64,000 nt of DNA from Chiloscyllium plagiosum (taxonomy: Eukaryota). The stretch is from contig NC_057713.1 of the NCBI RefSeq assembly GCF_004010195.1, positions 81,073,164 to 81,137,163 on the forward strand. Reading direction: 5' to 3'. The notes under the pieces are model-generated. The model saw only the letters and a program-made list of their open reading frames with translations. It was not told where the DNA came from and searched no databases. This document shows, one piece after another, positions 36,480 through 48,146 of this stretch. Every line of letters begins with the position of its first letter. Positions within the stretch are counted from its first letter, which is position 1. The translations under genes were made by a program, and so were the position numbers.

Positions 36480-36985
36480 CTAATGCTGAATCACAGAAGG
36501 TTGGTCTGTAGGTCCAACAGATAATTAAGAAGGCAAGTAGAATTTTGTCCTTCCTTGTTAAGAGGATGGAGCTCAAAAGTAGGGAGGTTATGTTGCAGCA
36601 ATATAGGGTCCTGGTGAGGCCACATCTGGAGAACTGTGCGCAGTTTTGATCTCCTTACTGAAAAAGGATGTACTAATACTTGAAGGGGTGCAGAGGGGGT
36701 TCACTAGGTTGAGTCCAGAGTTGACGAGGTTGCCTTATGAGGAGAGACTGAGTAGACTGGGATTATATTCATTGGAACTTAGAAGAATGAGGGGAGATCT
36801 TATAGAAACACATAAAAGTATGAAGGGAATAGATAAGATAGAAGTAGAGGGGATGTTTCCACTGGTGGATGAAACTCGTACAAGAGGGCATAGCCTCAAA
36901 ATTAGGTAGAGCAAATTTAGGACTGAATGGAGAAGGAACTTCCACTCGTGGCCTACTCCTGCTCCTCTATGTTCTTATGTTCTAA
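36480..36985 (+). mobile_element. CR1 3' fragment
   Basis: ORF 36646-36909 (LEGVQRGFTRL..EL..LPYEERLSRLGLYSLELRRMRGDLIETHK...TRGHSLKI). Confidence 0.9.
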
Positions 36986-38254
36986 GAAGTCTGGTACCAT
37001 CCAGGACAAAGCAGCCCATTTGATTGGTACCATGGTGACAAATATCCACTCCTTTCAGCACCAACACTCAGTCATAGCGGTGTGTACTATCTACAAGCTG
37101 TGCTTCAGAAGTTCACTAAACCTACTTAGACAATAATTTCTCATGACCATTACCAACTCAAAGGATAAGGGCAGCAAATACTTACAACTTCCTCTCCAAG
37201 CCACTCAACTGATTTGACCCAAGGACACTGTCATTCAGTGTCCTTGGGTCAAAATCCTATAATTCCCTCTCTAACAACATTGTGGGTCTACATACAGCAC
37301 ATGGACTGCAGAGATTCAAGAAGCCAGCTCACCAACACCTTTCTAAGGGTGACTGCGGTTGGGCAATAAGTCCCAGCCCAGTCAGTGATGTAGTCCTATA
37401 AATGAATTTTTTAAAAACTTACTCAAATATTCAAGGTTGCTGACAATGGTGAAGTCATACTCTGTACTGGAGTTCCCATATGTAACTGCATGCAGAGCAA
37501 AAGCCTCAAGCTCTATAATGTGTGAAACTAGAACCACACCCACAGGAAGAGAATTCTTACCTGTGAGGTAGTAGGGAAATCATCATTTCTTTTGTCATCA
37601 AAATTGTCTTCATTTTATGTTCAATAGCCCAATTCTTTATCAGATGAGATGTTGAATACTCCTTTTGGCATCACACCAGTTGCAGATGATACAGCTGTGA
37701 AATTTTTCATGAGAATTTAAATTGCTTCATTTTTTCCAACTGAAATTTAATCTTTCCCCAGAGACAGAGAAGGAGGAAAAAGATGAGAAATAGAATTTCA
37801 GTTCATTGTCTTCCTCGTGCTTTTTGATGGTGCTCCTGAAGATTATCTGTTGAACAATCTTTTGATCAGCCTTCACTGAGTTTAATTTCAAGAATTGTCA
37901 GTATCACAGCCCAGGTACCAGCTATTGTAAGAAGCAGGCAATCTATTTGTTTCCTGTGGAGAAAATAATGGTCTTTACATGTCCCTCACATCCTCAAAAC
38001 GAGTCAAGAACATCGTGGAGATCCAGTCTATTTGTTGAAAGAGACAACGTGGAGTTTTGGGAAAGGGGGAGTGGGATGAAAATGTACATCGTTAAGGGGT
38101 ACAATGAAAGGTTTGGGAAGAGGTGTCGTATGAGAAATTAATTGCTGCTATGTAAATAGCTACTGTGTATTATCAATGAAATTTGATCACATGAAAGCCT
38201 GGGGGAAGAAGGATCTAATGGAGTCCTGCTGAACCATATCTCTGTAACTAATGT

Positions 38255-38448
38255 TAAAAATCTCAAAACAGCAGGTTACAGTCCAATAGGTTTATTTGAA
38301 ACACTAGTTTTCGGAGTACCGTTCCTTTATGAGGTGGTCAGAGCGGCCCTCTGAAAGCTAGTGCTTCCAAATACACCTGTTGGCTGTAACCTGGTGTTGT
38401 GTGATTTTTAACTGTCCACCAGAGTCCAACACTGGCACCTCCAAATCA
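38255..38448 (+). mobile_element. Fold-back mini-PLE (family B), older, 11-bp TSD
   Basis: TSD gtaa(c/a)taatgt at 38244-38254 and 38449-38459; inverted arms. Confidence 0.8.
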
Positions 38449-41400
38449 GTAAATAATGTAAGTAGTGGATAAGCACTAGTATGGTTTCCAGTCCTCACAA
38501 ATGATGAGGGCTTAACAGATAAGTATGGCGATAATCATACTAAGTGGGGGACGCTGTTATAATCTACATTTAGACTGGAATAAACAGATCAACAAAGATG
38601 GTGGAGATGAAGGCTTATTAGAGGAAGTTTCTTAGAACATCATAGTCTGAAACCAACTGGAGTGCAGGCTATACTAGACATTGTATTGTGCATAGGATTA
38701 ATTAATCATCTCATGGAGAACAATGGGTCATAGACTAGTATTTTAAAGTTAAATAAGAATAAATACATTCCAAAGAAAAAGAAAAATTCCAGTGGAGAAT
38801 CCACCATCCGTAGTTCACTAAAAATGGTTCAGACAATTTCAAACTTAAAGTAAATGGGCAAATGGGATAGATGGATGACACGTCAAATATTGGACAGAAG
38901 ATAAATTATAGCAGAGAATGGCTAAAATATTAATAAGGAGAGAAAGTTAAAGTAAAACAGAAAACAAGCTGCAAATAAAAAAGACAGATAGTAACAGTTC
39001 CCTTAGATATTCAAAACGGAAAAGTTAACAAGGTGAGGATATTTCCTGTAGAAAATGAGCCTGAGGAAAACAAGGAAATGGCAGATAAATCAAGTAGATA
39101 ACTTGAAGCAGTCCTCATGATAGAGGTATCCAGAATTAGCTATAAATCTGAAAATGGAAAAGAGAGGAGAATTCGGGAAAATGATAATCATTCGGGAAGT
39201 GGTACTGAGCTGAAGGCTGGCAATGCCTGGGTCCTGGTGATCTTCATCCAAGGGTCTTAAATGAAGTGGCTACTGAGATAGTTGTCACTTTGGTTTTAAT
39301 ATTCTGAAATTCCCTAGTTTTGGAGAAGATTCTATTAGATTGGAAAATAGCAAATGTGAAAAAAAAGAGGGAAATAGAAGGCAGAATAATACAGGCCAGT
39401 TAGCTTAACATGTCTTATAGGGAAAATGTTAGAAACCATTATTAGAAATGAAATAGCAGAGAACTTAGAAAATTTCAAGGTAATCAGGCAGAGTCAACAT
39501 AATTTTGTAAAAAGGAAATGATAATTAACCAATTGGGCATTTCCAGATTTTCAGAGGTATTTGATAAGGTTACACTTCAAAGGCTACCACGAAAAATATA
39601 AGTTCATGTAATGTGGCAACATAGTGGCAAGGATAAAGATTGGCGAGATAGCAGGAAACAGAGAGTGGGCATAAGTGGATCTTTTTCAGGTTGCAGGAAG
39701 CAATAAGCGCAGCATTGCAGGATTCAATGGTGGACCTCAAATTTGTACAATTTATGTGAATTAACTGGATGAAAGAACAGACAATAAGGTTTCACAGCTC
39801 AGGTACCGGCTATTGTAAGAAGCTGGCAATCTATTTGTTTCCAATGGAGAAAATAATGGTCTTCACATGTCTCTCACTTCCTCAAAATTTGCAGGTGATG
39901 CAAAGGTAGCTAGCATGTAGTGTACTGACATAAATAGAGAACTGGTTGGCAGATGGGAAACAAAGAGTAGAAATAAATGGATGGTTCTGAGTGGCAGCCA
40001 TGACGAGAGCTTGGACGTCAGCTATTTACACTTTATAAAGATGATTTAGATAAAGAAACTAAATGTAATATCTCTGATTTTGCAGATGACAAAGTGGGAG
40101 GGTGAGTTATGAGAAGGACGCAGAGATGTTTTAGTATGATTTGGACAAGTGGACAGGATTTGAGTGATAGGACAGCTACATAGCAGATGAAGTGTCATGT
40201 GGAAAAATGTGAGGTTAGCCACTTTGGTAGCAAAAAAGGTCAGGCAGATTATTATCTGAATGAAAGTAATTAGAAAAGGGGGAGGTGAAATCCTTTTATG
40301 CCAATCACGGAAAGTAAGCATGCAGATGCAGCCGGCGGTGAAGAAAGCAAATGTTATATTAGACTTCCATAGTGAGATGATTTGAGGACAGGAGCAAGGA
40401 TGTTTTACTGCAGTTGTAGGGCTTTAGTGAGACCACACCTGGAGTTTTGCATGCTGAGGATGAAGGAAGGTTTGCAAAGGTTTACCAGACAGATTCCTGG
40501 GATGGCAAGAGTTACTTATGAAGAGAGACTGGATTGATTAGGACTGTACTCACTGCTGTTTAGAAGGACAAAATCTATAAAATTCTAACAGGACTAAAAA
40601 GTGTATGTTCAGGAAAGATATTCCCAATGACCGGGGAGTCCAGAACTAGGCATCACAGTCTAAGGATACAGGGTATTCCATTTAGGACTGAGATGAGGAG
40701 ACATTTCTTCACCCAGGGCTTGGTGACCCTGTGGTATTGTCTCACAGAATTAGCTGATGCTAAAATATTGAGTATTTCCAGAAAAGAGTTTGATATGATT
40801 CTTAGAGCCAAATGGATCCAAAATGTATACAAAGAAAACAGGACAGTGTACTGAGTTAAATGATTAACCATATCGAATGATGGAGCAGGCTTGAAGGGCT
40901 GAATGGCCTACGTCTGCTCCAATTTTCTATTAAACAAAATTGTAGCGAAGATATAAAGAGGCTACAAGAGGAAATAGATAAACTGAGTGGGGCATAGATC
41001 TGGCAAAAGGACTACAATGTGGAAAAATATATAATTGCCCAGTCTGATGGGAAGAATAAAGTGAAGCATATTGTCTACATGTTGAGAGATTAGAGCTCAG
41101 ATATCAAGGGAACTGGGTGTCCCAGCACATGCGTCATAAATGCTTAGTATGCAGATACAGCAAGCATTCAGGAAAACTATTAGAATGTTATATTTTACAG
41201 TAAGGGGAATTGGATACAAAAATACATTTGTGAGACCACATCTGGAACACTGTGCTTGCTGTTTTGGTCTTCTATTTAAGAAGGATGTAACTGTGGTGAT
41301 TCAAAAAAGGTCTACTTAACTAATACCAGGAATGGATAGGTTGTCTTATGAGGGAATGGTTGTACAGGCTATGCTCATATACCCTGGAGTTTAGAAAAGT

Positions 41401-41621
41401 GAGAGGTAACTTGCTGAGGGGTCTGGTGGAAAAGATGGTTCCTTTCATGAGAGAAACTAAAACTAGTAGCCACTGTTTAAAAGTCAGGGTGACCAATTAA
41501 TATAAGAGATAAGACTTTTTTTCCACCTCAGATGGTAATGAATCTTTGGATCTCTTATTCAAATGATGGTGGAAGCAGAGTCCTTGAATATTTTTAATGC
41601 AGGGATAGATACTTGATAAGC

Positions 41622-41828
41622 GCTGGAAATGTGTTGCTGGAAAAGCGCAGCAGGTCAGGCAGCATCCAGGGAACAGGAGAATCGACGTTTCGGGCATAAG
41701 CCCTTCTTCAGGCTTATGCCCGAAACGTCGATTCTCCTGTTCCCTGGATGCTGCCTGACCTGCTGCGCTTTTCCAGCAACACATTTCCAGCTCTGATCTC
41801 CAGCATCTGCAGACCTCACTTTCTCCTC
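41622..41828 (+). mobile_element. Young fold-back mini-PLE (family A): 81-bp perfect inverted arms plus 37-nt tail, 17-bp TSD
   Basis: Arms 41622-41702 and 41711-41791 are exact reverse complements (loop cttcttca). TSD atagatacttgataagc at 41605-41621 and 41829-41845. Confidence 0.95.
41680..41712 (-). ncRNA. Minimal hammerhead core (family A), intact
   Basis: Minus strand CUGAAGA-A-GGGC-UUAU-GCCC-GAAACGUC-GAUU. Confidence 0.8.
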
Positions 41829-42874
41829 ATAGATACTTGATAAGCAAGGGATGAATGGTAGGCAGGAATGTGGAGAAATTGGATCAGCCATGAACTTATA
41901 GAATAACAGAACAGACTCATGGAGCAAAGTAGCCTACTGCTACTCGTAACTCCTATCATCTAATGTCAATCTGTCAAAAGCACCCAGAATGCAGTCTTCA
42001 TATTTGTACATATAGTTCCAATGAATTGCACATGATATGAGCCACAGTTAAATCTTTTCTTCACCATTTACAAAGAGCTTACTGACACAGTACAATACAA
42101 CATATGGTTTGCAGCGTACAAAATAACTTTGGCAAACTTTTGTATTTTCTGAGAAGGTCATATTTGCAACCAAACAAAAGTTAAAGCTTACAAGTTATTT
42201 GTCTTAAGCTACATATCTGTGCTTTTAAATTTCCGCTGTACTTTCAAAATATTTTCTTTGTCTTGTTTCAACAATACACATCTATCTAAGTAATTGCTAA
42301 AAAGAACATTTGGAACAGGAAAGGATCTTTTACCCTGTGGAGGAAACAAGGTTGATGAGCCATTAGATTCTTCTCTCTGTTATAGACTCCTCCCTACACT
42401 CAATATCCCTCGAGAGAGAGAAAAAAATAACCTTACAAAATTAAAGATGCATGAAATTTCTCTGACTCCCACAGGCAATAGAGTGATACTCCAGAATCGT
42501 ACAGATCACTCAATTCTAATCAATTGCATTCACAGATGATTGATCAACTGCTGCAGTAACTGCATGAGTTAGTGTTCCATGGAAAAATGAATTATCTGTG
42601 TCTATTCTTATAATTTTTAATCCTATTAGTAAACGTAGGCTTTCTCTGACAGTCTAATTTTGCATATGCTATAATCCAATGGTCAGAAAAAAACAGCTTG
42701 ACGTTATACCTCTGATCTTCAAAACACTATAAACATGACTTTTGGCACAAGGTTTTTTTGACTGCTGTCCTGACCTACACATATGATGAACAGCTGCATT
42801 AATTATATCGATGTTGAAACAATAAAGCTATAAAGAAAAATAATTGAATAATAAGAAACCTCATAAGAAGACTT

Positions 42875-43839
42875 CATAATGTGTATTGAAGATTCATAAA
42901 ATGTTATTGTTTGAGAGCTTCGGCTTTAAGTTGAAAGAACAGTATGTAGCTTTCAGTTTGTATATTAAGAAGGGAAAGACATGCTTTTTAATTTCAGCTT
43001 CCATTTGTTTTAAGTGTGGTGTCCGTTTGTCTGGATGTTTTTTTTTTAAAACAGGCATGAAATAAGGGCTTTCAATCCTTGAGTGAATAGTTCAACTAAA
43101 TAGTTCAAGAACAAACTGAACAGACAAGATAGTAAATGTTGCCTGGCAACAGAAGTCCTATAACACAGAAAGCCAGAAGACATCAGGTAGTATTATTCAG
43201 AGAGAAGAGGTCCCTAACAGTATAGGTGCTGTTATTAAGTCTCCAAACAGTCTGAACTGAAAAGAAGTCCAGAGTGTCAGAGGATTAAGAGAAAAGCTCT
43301 AAAACAGACTATTGAGGTATCAGAGATTAAAACATCCTACAAGACTGTTGACAAAATGAGTTTGGGAACACATTAAGTAAAAACGGAGTTGTTTTCAACT
43401 ATTTACATGTCTCATGGAGAGATACTAACTAAAGAAAATAGTATCAAGCGAATGCACAAAACTTGTTGAGAAAGAAAACTAAATACAGCCATGCTAGCTG
43501 GATAACAGCTATAGCATGGTGACAGGGATGTTCCTTCACTAAGGTTTGAGTATGTAAGGTTGTGTGGGGGGGAGAGGGGGAAGGGGTGAATCTTTCTGTC
43601 TGATGTTTGTTATAAGAATCTTCCAAATAGTTCTTGGGGCATAATATGGTTCTTACTTATTATTTTGCATGTAATATGCTTTTACAGTCTTTTGACAAAA
43701 GAACATTGGCAGACTCTTCTGAATATGTTCAGTGACTGATCACTGCATTTCTCAAAAATAAATACAAAACTTATGATCAATCCTTCCAGGTTTCACTCTG
43801 GGATCAGGCTTGTCCAATATTACCATCAGCTGGATAACA
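42875..43839 (+). mobile_element. Probable solo LTR
   Basis: Ends in ...ctctgggatcaggcttgtccaatattaccatcagctggataaca (ACA terminus of Gypsy-type LTRs). The 5' boundary is uncertain. Confidence 0.4.
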
Positions 43840-44263
43840 ATTACTTCAAGAGATTTTTTTTCATTTATCTCACTAATTTGACTGTGTTTTTAAGAAGAGT
43901 TCATCTAAATGCACCTTGGAATCCAAATTCAGCCCCTACCCATTAGAGAAAGTATATCAGATTCCTGTGGTAAAAAAGTAGCATCTTATTCTTTTCTGCC
44001 TCGAAGAAATAAAATTTAAACAAATATAGATTGCTTGGGACCTTTTATTTTTAGTTTTCCAAACTGATCTTGCATCAAATTGCCTTCTACCTTATTCTGG
44101 CAGTACCATGTTGTTAAGTACAGTTCAAAGTTGAACCAAAGGCTGCAGTACTGTCAGCAGAAAAGGACATTTAAAAATAAAAATGAAGAAGCAGTCCTAG
44201 GCCAAAACCCAAAGAGGACGAACAAGAGGAAACTTTCAACTGTTGGCCATTACTTGTTCATCT

Positions 44264-45122
44264 GAGCGTGTTTGGAGAAGATTTGTAGCTCAGGTTGAGG
44301 TTCTGGATGTAGGTTTGCTGGCTGAGCTGGAAGTTTAATTTTCAGACGTTTTATCACCATACTAGGTAATGTCATTAGTGAGCCTCCAGATGAAGCACTG
44401 GTGGAATGGCCCACTTTCTATTTATGTGTTTAGATTTCTTTGGGTTGGTGATGTCATTTCCTGTGGTGACATCATTTCCTGTTCTTTTTCTGAGGGGGTA
44501 GTAAATGGGATCCAAGTCAATGTGTTTGTTGATAGAGTTCCGGTTGGAATGCCATGCTTCTAGGAATTCTCGTATATGTCTCTGTTTGGTTTGTTCTAGG
44601 ATGGATGTGTTGTCCCAGTCGAAGTGGTGTCCTTCCTCATCTGTTTGTAAGCATACCAGTGATAGTGAGTCATGTCTTTTTGTGACTAGTTGATGTTCAT
44701 GTGTCCTGGTGACTAGCTTTTTGCCTATTTGTCCAATGTGTTGTTTGTTACAGTTCTTGCAAGGTATTTTGTAAATGACATTAGTTTTGCTTATTGTCTG
44801 TATAGGGTCTTTCAAGTTCAGTAGCTGCTGTTTTAGTGTGTTGGTGGGTTTGTGGGATGCCAAGAGGTTAGCCACAAACCCACCAACACACTAAAACAGC
44901 AGCTAATGAACTTGAAAAAGAACCGGAAATGACATCACCACAGGAAATTATGTCACCACAGGAAATGACATCTCCAACCCAAGGAAACCTAAACATATAA
45001 ATAGAAACTGGGTCATGCCACCAGTACTTCATCTGGAGGCTCACTGATGATGTTACCTAGTATGGTGATGAAACGTCTGAAAATGAACCTTCCATCTTAG
45101 CAAGCAAACCTACATCCAGAAC
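44264..45122. mobile_element. Penelope-like element (family C): minus-strand GIY-YIG, pLTR and tail, joined to an inverted plus-strand pLTR
   Basis: ORF 44375-44875 (KTNVIYKIPCKNCNKQHIGQ...FDWDNTSILEQ...REFLEAWHS). Inversion at ~44870. Possible TSD ctt(g)ttcatct. Confidence 0.92.
45041..45080 (+). ncRNA. Minimal hammerhead ribozyme motif (PLE family C), intact
   Basis: UCA-CUGAUGA (45044-50)-U-GUUACC-UAGUAU-GGUGAU-GAAACGUC-UGA: stem I UCA/UGA, 6-bp stem II, GUC triplet. An inverted degenerate copy lies at ~44342-44381. Confidence 0.88.
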
Positions 45123-47333
45123 CTTTTCATCTAGTAGATAAATCTATCAGCCTGCCTGAAAAACCTTTCAAGCAGGACTTTAAATAGGGGACCACCACTC
45201 CCACCCAAGCGAAACTGCAGCTATCTAATTATACATTCAGAGTCATTGGCCTATTATAGGATCCAGTTGTAATTTTCAAAGAGAAATGGACAGGGTACGC
45301 CAATTCCCAATGTGGGACCTAACTGTCGATCCTATGGGGGTGTGCACTTGAGGCCTCAATCTGAAAAGAGATAGGGAGTCTGCTAATCTACTCTTGTAAT
45401 CTTCCAGATATGCACTTGCATCCCAACACGACATCCACAAGCCTTACTTGCCAGTCAGCTGATCTTGTAGTCAGCCAATAATCTGCCATGTGCAATGCCC
45501 GCTATTTGTGGACAATGAGGCAATGATGCCCAGAGTAACAGAAATCCAAACTGTCACACTGGATGTGTACTGTGAATACAACCTGCCTGTTCAATGTTCA
45601 AATGGAAAATGACTCCCCATAATCTGGGAATAGTCACAGTTTTCATGCCATTGCAAAGCCAACCATTGTAGTTTTAGAGGCTGTAATTCTACTCAATGCT
45701 TTGTTGGTAAGTTTGAATTTCAAATTTGTTCAGTTCTATGTTTGCAAAAAGATCAATACCCAAATTTCATCCACATTATTCATCCTTCTTATCATTTGAA
45801 GGACACAGATCATATTTCAGTTCTTTCTTTTCACAAATGAACATGAATTCAATGGTATAAAGGATGATTCTCCGCAGAGCAAAAAGGCCTTTAAGATCCA
45901 TTGCTAAAATGGTAACTAGGATTTTCCCAGCAAGCTTTGTGAGCCAGAAACCTGAATGGTAATGAAAAAAAGTCACCCTGCTTGTATTTTCGCTGGACAT
46001 TGGCCCATTATAGCAATTACAATTATGGGCAGGCTCTGAAAGATAGATTTCCAGGAACAGCTCATGGTGGGCTGAAAGAGGGAAGCCTTTCCAAGTCAGT
46101 GAGAGAAAGAGCACTTTGCATTTTGTGGTACCCTCGATCAGTCAACTCTCTTTAAAATCTAAAATAAAAAAGCCTCAGCAGCAGAGCAGCCATTTTGCAG
46201 GGAGTGCCATTAGAAGGCATCGCTGGCTGCCTGCAAGCAGGAGCACAGGGGAGATCTACCCAGAGCACTGGTCCTCTGCTCTGCTGCAGGAAAAGCTGCA
46301 TCAATGCATCTGCCTTGTCTTTGGGACCTGAAGGCTGCCTGAAAAGCTCTCATCCCACTTTTAGGAAAAAGGTGCAGGAGCAAGTGGGAGTGAGAGGTCC
46401 AACATAATGGGGCAAGAGTATCTGAACCAGCCTGCCTCCATGCCAATTCTGCCAGGCCCAGTGCTGGTTTAACTCACACTTCATGCATCTTTGGAATGCC
46501 TTTGAAGTGCCATGCAATTGATTGCAATTTAATTTGGCTGCTTGTGCTCATTAACAAGTTTGGTGGCTAACAAAACCCACTCCAAACAGTGACCTGCTGG
46601 TTGGAAGTACTAACGCCAAATGGACTGCAGAAGTAGCTCACCAGTTCCTTCTCCAAAGCAAAAAGGGATGGGCAGTAAATTCTGGTTTAGCCAGAGAAGC
46701 CCACATCTCATGAATTAATTTTAAAAAGGCAGAGGATTTCAAGCATAATTTAAGTTCTGTTCATTTGCTGTTACAGTTTGAAAAGGACTTGTGAAACACA
46801 TGGGAAGACTACCCGGGACTCTTTGTCGAGACAACACCAAATGAACTGAGGACTCTGGTTAAAAAGAGGGTGCTGTGCTATAACACATTGTTGGACATTT
46901 TATCAGAATCACCAAGACAAAGGGAGTGATCAGTCACTGGCACCTTGTCAGGAAACCCATTCTGAGGTCAAGACAGACTAGTACCAGTCTGTAGCAACTG
47001 AGAGGGGAAGCAAGGCAAGTTGGACTTTTCCATCTTAATAGACCAAGGCATTTCTCTTTCCCTGGATTTTTTGTACAATGTCCAAAAACCTAGGCACCCT
47101 CCTATTACTACACGGAAACACATAGCCAAACCACAAAGGACTTTCTACTTACATATTCGTAACACAGTAAAATTAAAGATCCTTAAAAGAACCCCAATGG
47201 CTACTTCAATGGCTCTTAACTAGACTTTGAATTATCAATCCCAGACTTTGCAAATAGTTGATTCCAAACACTGGTTTTGCATCTTAAACAAAAGGCATAA
47301 CAATTTATTAAATGTACAACACCTTTAGCAGAC

Positions 47334-47972
47334 CGTGATGATTCTATGGGTTTAAGAGGTGTTTTTTGTCCTTTATTTTATGAAGAAAGCTTGAGACAAA
47401 GGTTCAGAGTGGTCTGCTTAAAGCAAGTAAAGAAAACAGCTTGTGGGGTCTTCGGAATTTTTTTAAACATTTGGAACAATAGAAGCATCCTGAATGGGTG
47501 CGGTAAAATTCACATAGAATCAGGATTTTTAGTTTTAGCTTTGTGCAGTTGCTGGGGTCTTGAAACTGAATGTGGAAGCTCGTATTCCTCTCTCTGTTAT
47601 AGCTAAAAGCTGGGGTTCTCTTTTTGCTACGAGAATTGCATGTGAGACAATCTATTTTACCTAATTTACTGTTGCCAAGGGTTTCTTTATAGGCATTACT
47701 ATTTCGGAACAATTAATTAGTAGTAGTTAATATATGTTATTTTGCTAGAGTTTCGATAGAGTTACAGTTAAGCCAATTCATTTCTTTTCTTTTTATTTTG
47801 CCTTTTTTCCAACGAGTGTAAAGTACAATGTGTTTTTCTTAAACTCATGTAGTTTGACCAATCAAATTGCACCTGGAAAACAGTGTCTTACACATACCTT
47901 TAAAATAGAAAAGTTGGGGTCCAGGCTATCTTCTTAATATATGTTTAAGTGTTTTGGTCTGGTCCATAAAAA
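47334..47972 (+). mobile_element. Probable solo LTR related to the Gmr1-type LTR at 59871-60485
   Basis: 3' end gtgttttggtctggtccataaaa resembles that LTR's end (gagtggtctggcctagtccataaca); length is similar. Confidence 0.5.
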
Positions 47973-48146
47973 CGTCTAACTCAGCTTTCTACTCTCTGCG
48001 CTTCTAAAAAGCTGCTGAGACCAGGAGCTTTAAAATCTTCACACTCTTCCAGCCAGAAAACATAATTTTTAAAACTCCAATTCTGGTCCTGGTGTGTTAG
48101 ACTGACTGTTTTTACCGAATGCCTCAATGACAAAGAAAAAAAAGAT

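Larger units (their letters stand above)
38540..41960 (+). mobile_element. Long decayed CR1 with a second CR1 (~39945-40930) nested inside
   Basis: CR1 ORF2 motifs (gattggaaaatagcaaatgt = DWKIANV; aatacaggccagttagcttaac = YRPVSL; tttgcagatgac = FADD; SRTRHHSLRIQG..FRTEMRRHFFTQ). Two 3' termini, at ~40930 and ~41960. Confidence 0.8.

Noticed and set aside
37561-37740. Minus-strand exon candidate ending CAG/gtaag at 37561
   Set aside because: Stops occur in all frames upstream, and there is no partner exon or recognisable product.
41622-41828. Fold-back units as DNA-transposon MITEs
   Set aside because: The arms are asymmetric (tail on one side), TSD length varies from 10 to 17 bp, centres differ between copies, and the same sequence terminates GIY-YIG-encoding elements at 4014 and 20856.
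2687-41828. Apparent preference of mini-PLEs for CR1 3' ends (2687, 17273, 41622)
   Set aside because: CR1 covers a large share of the window, most other copies lie elsewhere, and the TSDs share no consensus.
2705-41927. Recurrent short ORFs (MCCWKSAAGQAAS..., ...GCCLTCCAFPATHF) suggesting a peptide gene family
   Set aside because: All are translations of the family A pLTR on either strand.
45130-46560. GC-richer blocks (also ~5215-5600, 31700-32480, 34000-34450, 51020-51480) resembling old non-autonomous DNA transposons
   Set aside because: Probably Harbinger-type relics, but termini and TSDs could not be defined by eye.
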